Shown piece by piece: positions 22,565 through 32,345 of a stretch of DNA of 64,000 nt. A model generated the notes under the pieces. The model had not been told where the DNA came from, searched no databases, and was given only the letters and a program-made list of their open reading frames with translations. The stretch covers positions 64,001 to 128,000 of the forward strand of contig CAVSGI010000011.1 in NCBI GenBank assembly GCA_963727445.1. The letters are read 5' to 3'. This DNA comes from an uncultured delta proteobacterium (GTDB lineage Bacteria; Myxococcota_A; Polyangia; Polyangiales; B10-G4). How positions within the stretch are numbered: the stretch's first letter is position 1; each line of letters starts with the position of its first letter. Made by a program: the position numbers and the translations under genes.

Positions 22565-24061
22565 GTGCGCCTCCCTCTGCTTCCTCTCCTCAGCATCGTT
22601 CTTCTTTCGCTCGCTGCCTGCGTCGCACCCGCGCCGGGCCCGGGAGAGGAGGTCGGGGGGACGGCCGAAGCCCTCCGGGCCTGCGCCGACAGCCCTGGCA
22701 TTCGCGGCATCGACGTCTCCCACTGGCAGGGCACGATCAACTGGGACCGGGTCGCGGGCGACCACATCAAGTTCGCGATCATCCGCATCGCCGACGGTAC
22801 GGGCACCTTCGACGACCAGTTCGACAGGAACTGGCGCGAGTCCCGGCGGGTGGGCGTGCTCCGCGGCGCCTACCAGTTCTTCCGGCCCAACCAGGATCCC
22901 ATCGCCCAGGCCGACCTCTTCCTCCGCCACCTCGGCACCCTCGAGACCGACGATCTCTCTCCGGTCATCGACGTCGAGGTCACCGGCGGCCGCAGCCCGG
23001 CGCAGATCCGAACCGCCATGCGCAGCTGGATCGACCGGGTGGAGGGAGCCACGGGCCGCAAGGTCGTGATCTACACCGGCCCCTACTTCTGGCAGACCAA
23101 CCTGAACAACACCGCCGCCTTCGCAGACAACCCGCTGTGGATCGCCAACTGGGGCGTGAGCTGCCCCAGCATCCCCGACGCCTGGAGCGACTGGGCGTTC
23201 TGGCAGACCTCGAGCACGGGGTCGATCGCGGGCATCTCGGGCAACGTCGACACCGACGTCTTCGACGGCACCGTCGACGAGCTCCGCGCCTTCGGCGGAC
23301 CGCGCTGCACCGCGCATTGCGAAGGCACCACCATCGTGGGCGACGACTGCGGCATGGGCGACTGTGCGGCCTTCGGCTCGCGCTGCGTGGACGACTCGCG
23401 GGGCGTCCGCTGCGCCTTCGCCTTCTGTCCCGACGTCGGCGAGGCTGACGTCTGCATCGACGACACCACCATCGGCCACTGCACCGACGGCGCGGTGGAG
23501 ACCGGCGACTGCGCCGACGGCGGCGGCATCTGCTCCACCGCCGGGCGGACCGACAACGAAGCGCGCTGCGTCTCGGCGCTCTGCGTGACGGGTCCCGACG
23601 AAGCGCCCGTCGCCCACGACGGCTGCGCCGACGGCGGCCAGCTCGTGCACTGCGACGCCGAGGGCCAGGCCACGACCGAGGCGTGCGCCGAGGGCGAGGC
23701 CTGCTCGATGCTGGGCGGCGCAGCCCACTGCGCGCCGATCGTCTGTCCCGCGACGGGCGAGGCCGACGTCTGCGCGGACGCCGAGACCCTCGCTCACTGC
23801 AGCGGAGGCTCCGTGGCCACGACGCAGCACTGCGACGCGGGCTGCTCGACCGACGGCGAGGTCCCCTCGTGCACCTCCCCGGTCGAAGCGCCGCCCGATT
23901 CACCGATGGGCACCGGCCTCGAGGGGTCGCGGCACATCGAAGGCAGCGTGGGCTGCGACGCGACCGGGGTGGCCGGCGGCGGCGGCTCTCTGCCGAGCGC
24001 CGCGCTCTTCCTGCTCGCCCTTCTGGGGCTCGGACGTTGGTCCAAGCGCCGGAGCGACTGA
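22565..24061 (+). CDS. GH25 muramidase (lysozyme) with Cys-rich stalk and MYXO-CTERM-type anchor
   Basis: Lipobox-like LAAC; GIDVSHWQG, GAYQFF, IDVE (DxE), WAFWQ, GNVDTDVF; tail GCDAT...FLLALLGLGRWSKRR. Confidence 0.9.
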   Translation: MRLPLLPLLSIVLLSLAACVAPAPGPGEEVGGTAEALRACADSPGIRGIDVSHWQGTINWDRVAGDHIKFAIIRIADGTGTFDDQFDRNWRESRRVGVLRGAYQFFRPNQDPIAQADLFLRHLGTLETDDLSPVIDVEVTGGRSPAQIRTAMRSWIDRVEGATGRKVVIYTGPYFWQTNLNNTAAFADNPLWIANWGVSCPSIPDAWSDWAFWQTSSTGSIAGISGNVDTDVFDGTVDELRAFGGPRCTAHCEGTTIVGDDCGMGDCAAFGSRCVDDSRGVRCAFAFCPDVGEADVCIDDTTIGHCTDGAVETGDCADGGGICSTAGRTDNEARCVSALCVTGPDEAPVAHDGCADGGQLVHCDAEGQATTEACAEGEACSMLGGAAHCAPIVCPATGEADVCADAETLAHCSGGSVATTQHCDAGCSTDGEVPSCTSPVEAPPDSPMGTGLEGSRHIEGSVGCDATGVAGGGGSLPSAALFLLALLGLGRWSKRRSD

Positions 24062-24065
24062 CGAC

Positions 24066-25133
24066 TCAGCCGCTTCGACCGATGCTCCCGTCGGCGAGCC
24101 CGTCGCGCAGCTTCTTCACTTCGGCCGTCGCCGCGAGGACGATCAGCGTCATGCCCTCCGCGATCTTGGTCGCCGGTCCGGGGTTCCAGGTGTAGCCCCC
24201 GTCTCCGGCTTTCACGGCGATGACGAGCACGTCGGTCGCACGACGGATGTCGGTGTTGCGCAGCTCGGTTCCGATCAAGCTGCTCTCGGTGGGGATGGGG
24301 ATCTCCTCGATGCGCAGGTTCTGTTCGCGATCGCGGACCATCAGGTCGAGGAACTCGAGGACGCGCGGGCGGATCATCTCGGAGACCAGGCGCATTCCAC
24401 CGATGCGGTATGGCGAGACGACCGAGTCGGCGCCCGCGCGCAGGAGCTTTCGCGCAGCGGTGTCCTCGATGGCCTTGGCCACGATGCGTGCCTTCGGGTT
24501 CAGCGCGCGCGCGGTGATGGTCAAGAAGACGTTCTGCTTGTCGTCGTGCAGCGCGGCGATGACGCCGCGGGCTCGCTCGATGCCGGCGTGGTGAAGGGTG
24601 GTGTCGTCGGTGGCATCGCCCACCACGTACATCAGCTCCGTCTTGGGGAGCTCTTCGTCCACCCGGGCGAGGCGCTCGGCGTCTTCGTCGATCGCGACGA
24701 AGTCCTGGTCGGTGAGCTGCAGCTCTTCGAGGATGTGCACTCCGGTCGAGCCCACCCCGCAGACGACGATGTGGTCCTTGAGCTGATCGATTCGTTTCTG
24801 CATTCGGTTTCTCCGCAGGGCGCCGACGAGATCCCCTTCGACCACGAATGCGGTGAAGGTGGAGACGAAATAGAGCAGCGTGCCGCTACCGAGGATGATC
24901 AGACCGACGGTGAAGGGGCGCGCCCCCGTGACCGTCTCGAGTCCGGGCAGCATCTCGCCGAAGCCCACCGTCGAGACGGTGATCACCGTCATGTAAAAGC
25001 AGTCCCAGAACTCCCACCGGCCCTGTCCGATCTGGTGGTAGCCGACGGCGCCCACCACCACGACCGAGACGAAGAACCCCCCTGCCGCGATCAAGCGGCC
25101 GACCAGCAGATCCCTGGGCTCGGAGTCGTTCAC
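24066..25133 (-). CDS. Potassium channel protein with RCK (TrkA-N/TrkA-C) domains
   Basis: Selectivity filter TVSTVGFGE; HIVVCGVGSTG; GDAT; GADSVVSP. Confidence 0.92.
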   Translation of the reverse strand: MNDSEPRDLLVGRLIAAGGFFVSVVVVGAVGYHQIGQGRWEFWDCFYMTVITVSTVGFGEMLPGLETVTGARPFTVGLIILGSGTLLYFVSTFTAFVVEGDLVGALRRNRMQKRIDQLKDHIVVCGVGSTGVHILEELQLTDQDFVAIDEDAERLARVDEELPKTELMYVVGDATDDTTLHHAGIERARGVIAALHDDKQNVFLTITARALNPKARIVAKAIEDTAARKLLRAGADSVVSPYRIGGMRLVSEMIRPRVLEFLDLMVRDREQNLRIEEIPIPTESSLIGTELRNTDIRRATDVLVIAVKAGDGGYTWNPGPATKIAEGMTLIVLAATAEVKKLRDGLADGSIGRSG

Positions 25134-25217
25134 CCTGAACGAATTGGACGGGGTGTGCCCCGAAGGTGTCAAAATAGGGGACGGCTGCCAGCCCGTCCTT
25201 GACGTCGATCTTCCCGG

Positions 25218-26756
25218 ATGGCACGAGCCCGGCCGGTGGCAGATGGCGACCAGACCAGGACCGCAGGCCGAGGCTTGCTCTTCATCGTAGGAGCGAAGGT
25301 CTGGTTCATCGTCTCGGCCTACGCGATCTACTTCATCCTGCCGCGCCTGCTCGGCACCCCGGAGGCCTTTGGTCTCTACTCGACGGTGCTGTCGACGGTC
25401 TCCATCCTGAACAACGTCCTGATCGCGGCGACGGTTCAGACCGTCAGCAAGCTGGTCAGCGAGGACATGGACCGCGCTGGGGCGACCTTGCGACAGGGGC
25501 TCCGCATTCAGCTGGTCATCGGGGTGGTGGTGTCGGGCAGCCTCGCCCTGGGTGCGCCGCTGCTGGCGGAGGGCTTCCTCAAGGACGCGGAGCTCACCCC
25601 CCTGCTTCGGCTCTGCGCCGTCGTCGTCTTTTCGTATTCGATCTACGCGGCCCTGGTGGGCTCCCTCAACGGGCGGCACCTCTTCGGGAAGCAGGCGGGC
25701 CTGGACGCGTCCTTCTCGCTCTTCCGGATGACGGGGATCCTCGGCGGGGCGGCGCTCGGGTTCGGCGTGATGGGCGCCATCGGCGGCTTCGCCTCCGCCG
25801 CCTTCCTCATCCTGATCATCGCGCTCATCCGGGTCGGGATCGGCGAGAAGGGAGAGCCGCTTTCCCTCCAGCGTTGGACGTCCTTCATGCGTCCGATCTG
25901 GATCTACCAGGCGTTCCTGAACGGCATCCTCTTGATCGACGTCCTGGTGATGAAGAACACCCTCACCACCATCGCCGGGGACGCTGGCATCGAAGCCGCC
26001 GAAGCGGTGCGCATCGCCAACGAGAACGTCGGCTACTACAGCGCGGCCCAGAAGTTCGCCTTCGTGCCCTATCAGCTGATGCTGAGCCTGACGTTCATCA
26101 TCTTCCCGATGATCTCCAAAGCGACGAGCGAGGGCGACACCGAGAGCGCGCGCCAGACGATCCGCGGCGCGCTCCGCTTCGCCGTCATCGTCCTGGTCTC
26201 CATCGCCGCACCGATGGCCGGCGCCGCCGACGGCGTGATGCTCATCGCCTACCCCAGCGAGTACCTGGCAGGCTCCGGCGCGCTGAGCGTCCTGGTGTTG
26301 GGCGCGGCGAGCTTCGCGCTCTTCGTGATCAGCGCGACCGCGCTGTCGGGCGCGGGACGACCGGGCGCGGCCGCCGCCGTCGCCGCCGCCGGGCTCACGG
26401 CCGTCGTCCTCGGCAACCGGCTCCTGGTCACCTGGGTCGGCATCGGCGACATGACGCTCACCGCGGCCGCCTGCGGGACGGGCGCGGGCATGGCGCTGGC
26501 GATGCTCATCGCGGGCGCGCTGGTCTACCGCCGCTTCGGCGCCTTCGTCGCGCCTCTCACCGTCTTGCGCGTGGGGATCGCCGGCGCGGCCGGCTGGCTC
26601 ACCGCCGGCTACGTCCCTCACGCGAGCCGCATCATGGCCCTCGTCGCCCTGGCGGCGGGCTTCTTCGCCTTCCTGGTCGTCCTCTTCGTGGTGCGCGAGG
26701 GCACCGCCGAGGATCTCGCTCTCGTGAAGCGCGTGCTGGGCCGCAGCAAGAAGTAG
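25218..26756 (+). CDS. Oligosaccharide flippase (MOP/Wzx-like)
   Basis: About 14 TM segments; LPRLLGTPEAFGLY; VGYYSAAQK; IIFPMISK. Confidence 0.8.
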   Translation: MARARPVADGDQTRTAGRGLLFIVGAKVWFIVSAYAIYFILPRLLGTPEAFGLYSTVLSTVSILNNVLIAATVQTVSKLVSEDMDRAGATLRQGLRIQLVIGVVVSGSLALGAPLLAEGFLKDAELTPLLRLCAVVVFSYSIYAALVGSLNGRHLFGKQAGLDASFSLFRMTGILGGAALGFGVMGAIGGFASAAFLILIIALIRVGIGEKGEPLSLQRWTSFMRPIWIYQAFLNGILLIDVLVMKNTLTTIAGDAGIEAAEAVRIANENVGYYSAAQKFAFVPYQLMLSLTFIIFPMISKATSEGDTESARQTIRGALRFAVIVLVSIAAPMAGAADGVMLIAYPSEYLAGSGALSVLVLGAASFALFVISATALSGAGRPGAAAAVAAAGLTAVVLGNRLLVTWVGIGDMTLTAAACGTGAGMALAMLIAGALVYRRFGAFVAPLTVLRVGIAGAAGWLTAGYVPHASRIMALVALAAGFFAFLVVLFVVREGTAEDLALVKRVLGRSKK

Positions 26757-26761
26757 GGCGG

Positions 26762-27676
26762 CTAACCGAGTGCGCGCGGCAGCTTCGGCATCTTCTTGCC
26801 GTGCGCGAGGAGCGCGTCGAGCACCGTCCTGAGGCCCGCGGTCATCGGCGCGTCGGCGCGCCACACCAGCGTGATCTGATCGTCGAAGCCCGGCAGCTTG
26901 CGCGAGAGCGGGCGGAGCTTGCCCTCCGCCACACCATGCGCCGCCACTCGATAGGGCAGGACACCGACGCCGGCGCCGTCGAGGACCAGGCTCTTCACGA
27001 GCTCCATGCTCGAGCACGCCACCGTGCGTCCCACCGGGATCTCACGGCTGGCGAGCTCCGCCAGCAGCACCTGCGTCTGGCGCAGCGCCGGGACGAAGAA
27101 GAGGGGCCTCTCGATCAGGACGGAGAGCGGCTTCTTCCGCTGCTTCATCAACGCCTCGGCCACCACGAAGGTGACGCGATCCGCGAAGAGATCACGCACG
27201 ACGCAGTCCGGATGCCGAGCCGGGTTCACCACCAACCCCAGATCCACCGTGCGCTCGACGATCGCGTCCTCGATGTTCTTGGAGTTGGCGTTGTGAAGCG
27301 CGATCTGGATGTCGGGATAGCGCTCGAGGAATCGCCCCATGAAGCCCGGGAGCACGTAGGTCCCGAGCGACTCGTGGCAGCCGAGCACGAAGCTGCCCCG
27401 GGGCTCGGTCTGCAGCGAGTCGATCTCGTCTCGGGCCGCGTCGAGCGCCCGCCCCGCTTCGCGCGCGCGGCTCAAGAGCCGCTCGCCCGCGGGCGTGAGC
27501 TTCACCCCGCGCGCGTGTCGGTGAAAGAGCTGGGTATCGAGGCGCTCCTCGAGCTTCTTCACCGCCACGCTCACCGAGGGTTGGCTCACGCGCAGCGCTT
27601 CCGCTGCCGCGCTGAAGGAGCCGTGGCTCGCTACTTCGACGAAATAGACCAAGCCTGGATCCAGGAGGTTGCTCAT
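26762..27676 (-). CDS. LysR-family transcriptional regulator
   Basis: GSFSAAAEALRVSQPSVSVAVKKLEERL..QLFHR...LTPAGE. Confidence 0.95.
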   Translation of the reverse strand: MSNLLDPGLVYFVEVASHGSFSAAAEALRVSQPSVSVAVKKLEERLDTQLFHRHARGVKLTPAGERLLSRAREAGRALDAARDEIDSLQTEPRGSFVLGCHESLGTYVLPGFMGRFLERYPDIQIALHNANSKNIEDAIVERTVDLGLVVNPARHPDCVVRDLFADRVTFVVAEALMKQRKKPLSVLIERPLFFVPALRQTQVLLAELASREIPVGRTVACSSMELVKSLVLDGAGVGVLPYRVAAHGVAEGKLRPLSRKLPGFDDQITLVWRADAPMTAGLRTVLDALLAHGKKMPKLPRALG

Positions 27677-27757
27677 CGTCTGTGACTATAGCCCAGCCGT
27701 CACTCGGGCCGGTGCGGCCAAAGTCGCGTGTCCACGCATCCTGTTCACGAGCGGCCG

Positions 27758-28369
27758 TCAGGCGTGTGCGTCGGACTCGTCTTTGGACCTCACGTCTCGT
27801 GCCTCGACACCGTCGGTGCCCGCCATCCGCGCCACGAGCTCCACGCGCGAGTGCACGCCGAGCTTCGAGAAGATGCGCTTGAGGTAGGTGTTCACGGTGG
27901 CCACCGTGAGCCCGGTTCGAGACGCGATCTCGCGCGTCGACGATCCGGCGACCAGGAGCGCGACGACATCGCGCTCCCTGGGCGTGAGCGGCGCGCGCGC
28001 GAGCGCATCCTGAAGCGACTCTCCGCTGCGTCGGCCGCCCTCGGAAGCGAGTCGATTCGCGTACGCGAGACCGCGCGCGAGAACGCGCGCCCCCCATCGC
28101 ACGAGCCGCAACTCCTGCTGGCCGAGCTTGTCGACACCTTCGGGCAGGTGAAGCGTGAGCGTCCCGATCGACTGTCGCCCGTTGCGAAGCGGCAGCTCCA
28201 CCGTCTCGCAACCATCAGACGGTTTCGGGTCGCTCTCGACGACGTCGCTCTCGCCTTCGAGCGTCAGCCTGAAGCCGGTCGCCTCTGCGAGCTTCGCGAC
28301 GAGTGACGCGCCGCGCTGTGGATAGGTGCGGACAGGGTCCAAGTGTAGAAGACCCTCCGCGATGTCCAT
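27758..28369 (-). CDS. LuxR-type HTH regulator without receiver domain
   Basis: LTPRERDVVALLVAG.STREIA...TVNTYLKRIFSKLGVHSRVEL. Confidence 0.88.
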   Translation of the reverse strand: MDIAEGLLHLDPVRTYPQRGASLVAKLAEATGFRLTLEGESDVVESDPKPSDGCETVELPLRNGRQSIGTLTLHLPEGVDKLGQQELRLVRWGARVLARGLAYANRLASEGGRRSGESLQDALARAPLTPRERDVVALLVAGSSTREIASRTGLTVATVNTYLKRIFSKLGVHSRVELVARMAGTDGVEARDVRSKDESDAHA

Positions 28370-28456
28370 GACTTGAAAGTTCAACGATCCCCCCAGTGTC
28401 CATCAATGACGGGCCATCCCCCCGGGATACTCCGCCATCTGGACCGCACGATCAGA

Positions 28457-28479
28457 TTGACATGGTCCCATTATGTCAA
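28457..28479. promoter_or_regulatory. Palindromic operator candidate between the regulator pair and trxB
   Basis: TTGACAT-N9-ATGTCAA perfect 7 bp inverted repeat in the divergent intergenic region. Confidence 0.5.
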
Positions 28480-28580
28480 GTGTTCCCAAGTAGAGACAAG
28501 CGCACGCCCCCGATTTGTTTCCTTCCCAGGCAAAAACCGCCCATTGCGACACTGCCCCACGGGCTGTAAAGAGAGCGGCC

Positions 28581-29528
28581 ATGACAGAAAAGGTGCTCAT
28601 CATCGGTTCCGGCCCCGCAGGCCTCACCGCCGCCATCTACGCCGCGCGCGCGAACCTCTCTCCCTTCTGCATCGAGGGACTGGTCACGGGGGGCATTCCG
28701 GGCGGCCAGCTGATGATCACCACGGAGGTCGAGAACTACCCCGGCTTTCCCGAAGGCATCAAGGGACCGGACCTGATGAAGCTCTTCCGCGATCAAGCGG
28801 AACGATTCGGCACGCGCTTCGTCACCAAGGACGTCGAGCGCGTCGACTTCACTTCGGGTGGACCGTTCAAGGTCTGGACCGACGAGGAGGAGTACAGCGC
28901 GCACTCGATCATCATCTCCACTGGCGCGAAGGCCCGCTGGCTCGGTCTCGAAAACGAGGAGAAGCTGCAGAACCGCGGCGTGAGCGCGTGCGCGACTTGC
29001 GATGGCTTCTTCTTTCGCGACCAGGACGTCTGCGTGGTCGGCGGTGGCGACACCGCCATGGAAGAAGCGCTCTACCTCGCCGGGCTCTGCAAGAGCGTGA
29101 CGGTGATCCACCGGCGTGACGAGCTTCGCGCTTCGAAGATCATGCAGGAGCGCGCGATGAAGCACCCGAAGATCACCTTCTTCTGGAATACGGTGGTCAC
29201 CGACGTGTTGGACGTGGAGGCCGGGACCGTGAACGCTCTGAAGCTGAAGGACGTCAAGACCGGCGAAGAGCGCGTGCATCCGACCCAGGGCCTCTTCATC
29301 GCCATCGGCCACACCCCGAACACCTCGATCTTCGGCGATGTCCTCGACCGGGACGAGCTCGGTTACCTGGTGACCAAGCCGGGGACGCCCGAGACCAACA
29401 TCCCGGGCGTCTTCGCCTCGGGGGATGTTCAGGACCACGTGTGGCGCCAGGCGGTCACCGCGGCCGGGACCGGTTGCATGGCGGCGATCGCCGCGGAGCG
29501 CTGGCTCAGCGAGCGCGACCTCACCTGA
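28581..29528 (+). CDS. trxB: Thioredoxin-disulfide reductase
   Basis: IIGSGPAGLTAAIY, GVSACATCDG, VVGGGDTAMEEA, GVFASGDVQD, QAVTAAGTG. Confidence 0.97.
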   Translation: MTEKVLIIGSGPAGLTAAIYAARANLSPFCIEGLVTGGIPGGQLMITTEVENYPGFPEGIKGPDLMKLFRDQAERFGTRFVTKDVERVDFTSGGPFKVWTDEEEYSAHSIIISTGAKARWLGLENEEKLQNRGVSACATCDGFFFRDQDVCVVGGGDTAMEEALYLAGLCKSVTVIHRRDELRASKIMQERAMKHPKITFFWNTVVTDVLDVEAGTVNALKLKDVKTGEERVHPTQGLFIAIGHTPNTSIFGDVLDRDELGYLVTKPGTPETNIPGVFASGDVQDHVWRQAVTAAGTGCMAAIAAERWLSERDLT

Positions 29529-29638
29529 CGCACGGGTGTTGACGTCTTGACGGTGCCGCCCGTGCGCGTCGAGACAGGATGGCGACGGGCGAGGGCAGGG
29601 CGTCCCGACTTTTCATGCGTTTTGTCGGCGCGCGGCGG

Positions 29639-29654
29639 TGGCCCGCGCGTTGCA
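29639..29654 (+). promoter_or_regulatory. sigma54 (-24/-12) promoter
   Basis: TGGCCCGCGCGTTGCA, GG-N10-GC, 14 nt before ATG 29667. Confidence 0.55.
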
Positions 29655-29666
29655 CATGCGGTGGGC

Positions 29667-30434
29667 ATGACCACGCAGCACGATCCGCGCATCCGCGACT
29701 TCCTCGATCACCACGACCCGGACCTCGTCCTCGCCGCTCTTCGCGCGCGAAAGGGCGGTCCGGCGCACATGCGCCGAATCGGCGCGCTGGCCCGCTCCGT
29801 AGCGAAGAGCGGCTGGCGCCCGCGGCGCATCCTCGACCTCCGGTGCGGAGCGGGCGACCTCGGGCGCACCCTGGGCCTCCTCCATCCGGACAGCGAGGTC
29901 GACTTCGTCGATCCCGAGCCCTTCAACCTCGCGATCTGCCGCCGCATCAATCGGCGTCGAGGCGCACGGGGGCGATTGATTCAGGCCGATCTCTGGGACT
30001 GGGATTGGACCAAGGAGCTCGAGCCCGAGTACGACCTCGTCGCCATCGACGACGGTCTGCGCCATCTCGACGCCGAGCGTGCGGCGGAGGTCCTCGGGGA
30101 GCTCGCGTGGCTCCTCGCCCCGGGCGCTCAGCTCCTGCTCTGCGAGCCGACTCCGCAGACCAACATCGACGACGAGCGCGACCCCTCCGCGCAGGACGAG
30201 TGGCACGGGTTCTTCCGGCGTCTCGAGCGCTCCTTGGGCTCCGCCGCTCCGCGCGGTCTGGTCGCCTCCGTCCCGCCCGGCCGCCATCCCATCGACGACG
30301 AGGGCCTGCCGGTTCGGGACTACCTCCGCTTCCTGCGCGACGCAGGCTTCGATCAGGCCGAGATCATCGGCAAGAGCGGCGGCCACGTCTCGATTCGCGC
30401 GGTGCACGAGACCTGGGAACGCCAGGCGGCCTGA
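29667..30434 (+). CDS. Class I SAM-dependent methyltransferase-like protein
   Basis: ILDLRCGAGDLG (variant motif I), YDLV, LRHL, LAPGAQLLLCE, LRDAGF. Confidence 0.7.
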   Translation: MTTQHDPRIRDFLDHHDPDLVLAALRARKGGPAHMRRIGALARSVAKSGWRPRRILDLRCGAGDLGRTLGLLHPDSEVDFVDPEPFNLAICRRINRRRGARGRLIQADLWDWDWTKELEPEYDLVAIDDGLRHLDAERAAEVLGELAWLLAPGAQLLLCEPTPQTNIDDERDPSAQDEWHGFFRRLERSLGSAAPRGLVASVPPGRHPIDDEGLPVRDYLRFLRDAGFDQAEIIGKSGGHVSIRAVHETWERQAA

Positions 30435-30466
30435 CGGAGAGGCGCGAGGCGAGCTAATCTGGGCGC

Positions 30467-32338
30467 ATCGCTCGCTCGTTCTCGCTCGCGCTCCTCGCCC
30501 TCTTCCTGGTGCCGCTGTCCGCATCCGCGCAGACGAACGCCGAGCGCTACCAAGACCTCGCGCTGCCGATGACGGTGGCCCTGGTCGACAGCGAGATGCC
30601 CGTGAGTCAGCGGCCGAACGCGCGCGCCGTGCTCGAAGCGCTCGACGCGATCGGTCAGGGTCCGGAGCTCGTCGTCGGTACGCGGGGGGCGTCGCATCTG
30701 CGTTTCTGTCGCCGCGCCAGCCTGTGCGGTGACGCCTTTGCGCGTTGGAAGTCGTTCTACGCGCCGGTGTCCGAGGGCACCGTAGGCAAGGCCTTCGACC
30801 GCGTCTTCGAGGTCGAAGCGGAGCCCACCTCCCTCGCGGCGGTGGTCCAAGCCGTGGAGGTGATGCGACACTCCGCCATTCGCGCTGTCGGTGGTCTCGG
30901 CCCAGTGAAGATCTGGGTGCTCGGGTCCCTGGAAAAGGCGGAGATAGGCAGCGACGACATCGTCGTCGTCCGCCCGTCACAGACCTCGCGAGAGCTCGTC
31001 GATCTTCTCTGCGGCTCGACCAGCGGCGAGTGCTTTTCCCCGCCCCCACCGATCTTGCGCTATCGCGGCCAGCAGGGCGTGCGGATCTTCGTCGACGAAT
31101 CGGGGAGGCCCATTCGGTCCGAGCCCGTTCTCGTCGGCGAGCGCTTCGGCCAGGTCCCCGAGGCCACCGAGCTCGCCATCCTCACCCCCTGGATCAGCGC
31201 GATGTCGCTCGAGTGGAACGGGGGCGAGCAGGCCTTCGTCCATCTGGTCGGGCAGCGGACGGAGCGCATGGGGGGCTTCTACGACATCGCGGTCACCCTC
31301 GACGGTGCGCCCCAACGTTACGTCTTCGACGGTGCCTCGCTGGTCGTGTCGATGCCGGCGCGGGCGCCGGGCCATCACGTCCTGCGCGCGGAGGTCGCCG
31401 GGGGACAACTGACCGAGCCTTTGGTCGAGGTCGCAGAACACGACGTGGATTGGATCGTGGAGCTCGGCACTCTCTCGCCCGGGGACATGCCGCGATGTGT
31501 GCCGCTCGCGTCGGGTTTCGGTCCCGTCGGAGAGCTCCCCGCTTTCCTCCACGTCGACACGCACGACGACGAGATCTGCGGCTCCGTCTCCCTCGCCGCC
31601 GTCTCGCCAGTCGCCGACTGGCCCGCGTGGCGTGGCGCCGACGGAGTGAGGCGAGAGGTGCGGCTTCACGCCTCGCCTTCACCGATCCTCTGGGTCGTCG
31701 TCGCCGCCCTCTTCGTCGTGGCCACCTTCGCCACCCGCCGCCTGCTCCACCTCCTGTTTCTGAGGCGTCGCCCCACCCACGTCGTCGTGGTGCGCAGAGA
31801 CGACGCGAACTATCGTGACGCCGGCGGTCCCGAGCGGGTCGTGGAGATCGCCGCCGGTCCCATCGCGGGCCTCGCACCCGAGCTCGCCGACGTGGATCTC
31901 ACCATCGACATCGGCGCCGTCATGACCGTCTCGGCGTCCTCGCCCTTTCTCTACAAGCTTCAGACCACGGGCGAGGTGCACCGTGGCGCCCGCGCCGTCC
32001 TGCCAGCCGGCGGCGCAGTGGCCGTCGACGAGACACAGATCGCCTTCGTCGACGAGGTCACCGCGAACCGAGTGCTCGCGCGCGAGTTTCGAGCGCTCCC
32101 CGTCTTCAGCGCCAACGAGCGTGAGGCGACCGACGGACACGAGGACCGCCGTGCGGTCGGGCCGGTGGGGGAGGCCGCGGTCTACGCGGTTCTGGTGACG
32201 GCGACCATCACCAGCGCGGTCGCGCTCCTCTCCACGGCTGTCACCTTCGTCGGCACCTACTTCGGCTTCGTGTTGGCGGCCGGCGCGCTCCTCGGGCTCG
32301 GATACGGCGGCGTTCGGGTGCTGCTCACGCGCGTGTGA
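30467..32338 (+). CDS. Hypothetical exported/membrane protein
   Basis: 609+ aa ORF with internal and C-terminal TMs. The signal peptide extends upstream of GTG 30509 to an in-frame ATC at 30467. Confidence 0.6.
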   Translation: MARSFSLALLALFLVPLSASAQTNAERYQDLALPMTVALVDSEMPVSQRPNARAVLEALDAIGQGPELVVGTRGASHLRFCRRASLCGDAFARWKSFYAPVSEGTVGKAFDRVFEVEAEPTSLAAVVQAVEVMRHSAIRAVGGLGPVKIWVLGSLEKAEIGSDDIVVVRPSQTSRELVDLLCGSTSGECFSPPPPILRYRGQQGVRIFVDESGRPIRSEPVLVGERFGQVPEATELAILTPWISAMSLEWNGGEQAFVHLVGQRTERMGGFYDIAVTLDGAPQRYVFDGASLVVSMPARAPGHHVLRAEVAGGQLTEPLVEVAEHDVDWIVELGTLSPGDMPRCVPLASGFGPVGELPAFLHVDTHDDEICGSVSLAAVSPVADWPAWRGADGVRREVRLHASPSPILWVVVAALFVVATFATRRLLHLLFLRRRPTHVVVVRRDDANYRDAGGPERVVEIAAGPIAGLAPELADVDLTIDIGAVMTVSASSPFLYKLQTTGEVHRGARAVLPAGGAVAVDETQIAFVDEVTANRVLAREFRALPVFSANEREATDGHEDRRAVGPVGEAAVYAVLVTATITSAVALLSTAVTFVGTYFGFVLAAGALLGLGYGGVRVLLTRV

Positions 32339-32345
32339 GGTCGCC

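Noticed and set aside
22565..24061. Prophage endolysin
   Set aside because: It has export and anchor signals, and no holin or phage genes are nearby.
25134..27017. Long N-terminal extension of the K+ channel (983 aa ORF)
   Set aside because: The extension is antisense to the flippase gene; channel homology begins near 25133.
26762..27676. OxyR assignment because of proximity to trxB
   Set aside because: The OxyR redox Cys-pair motif is absent.
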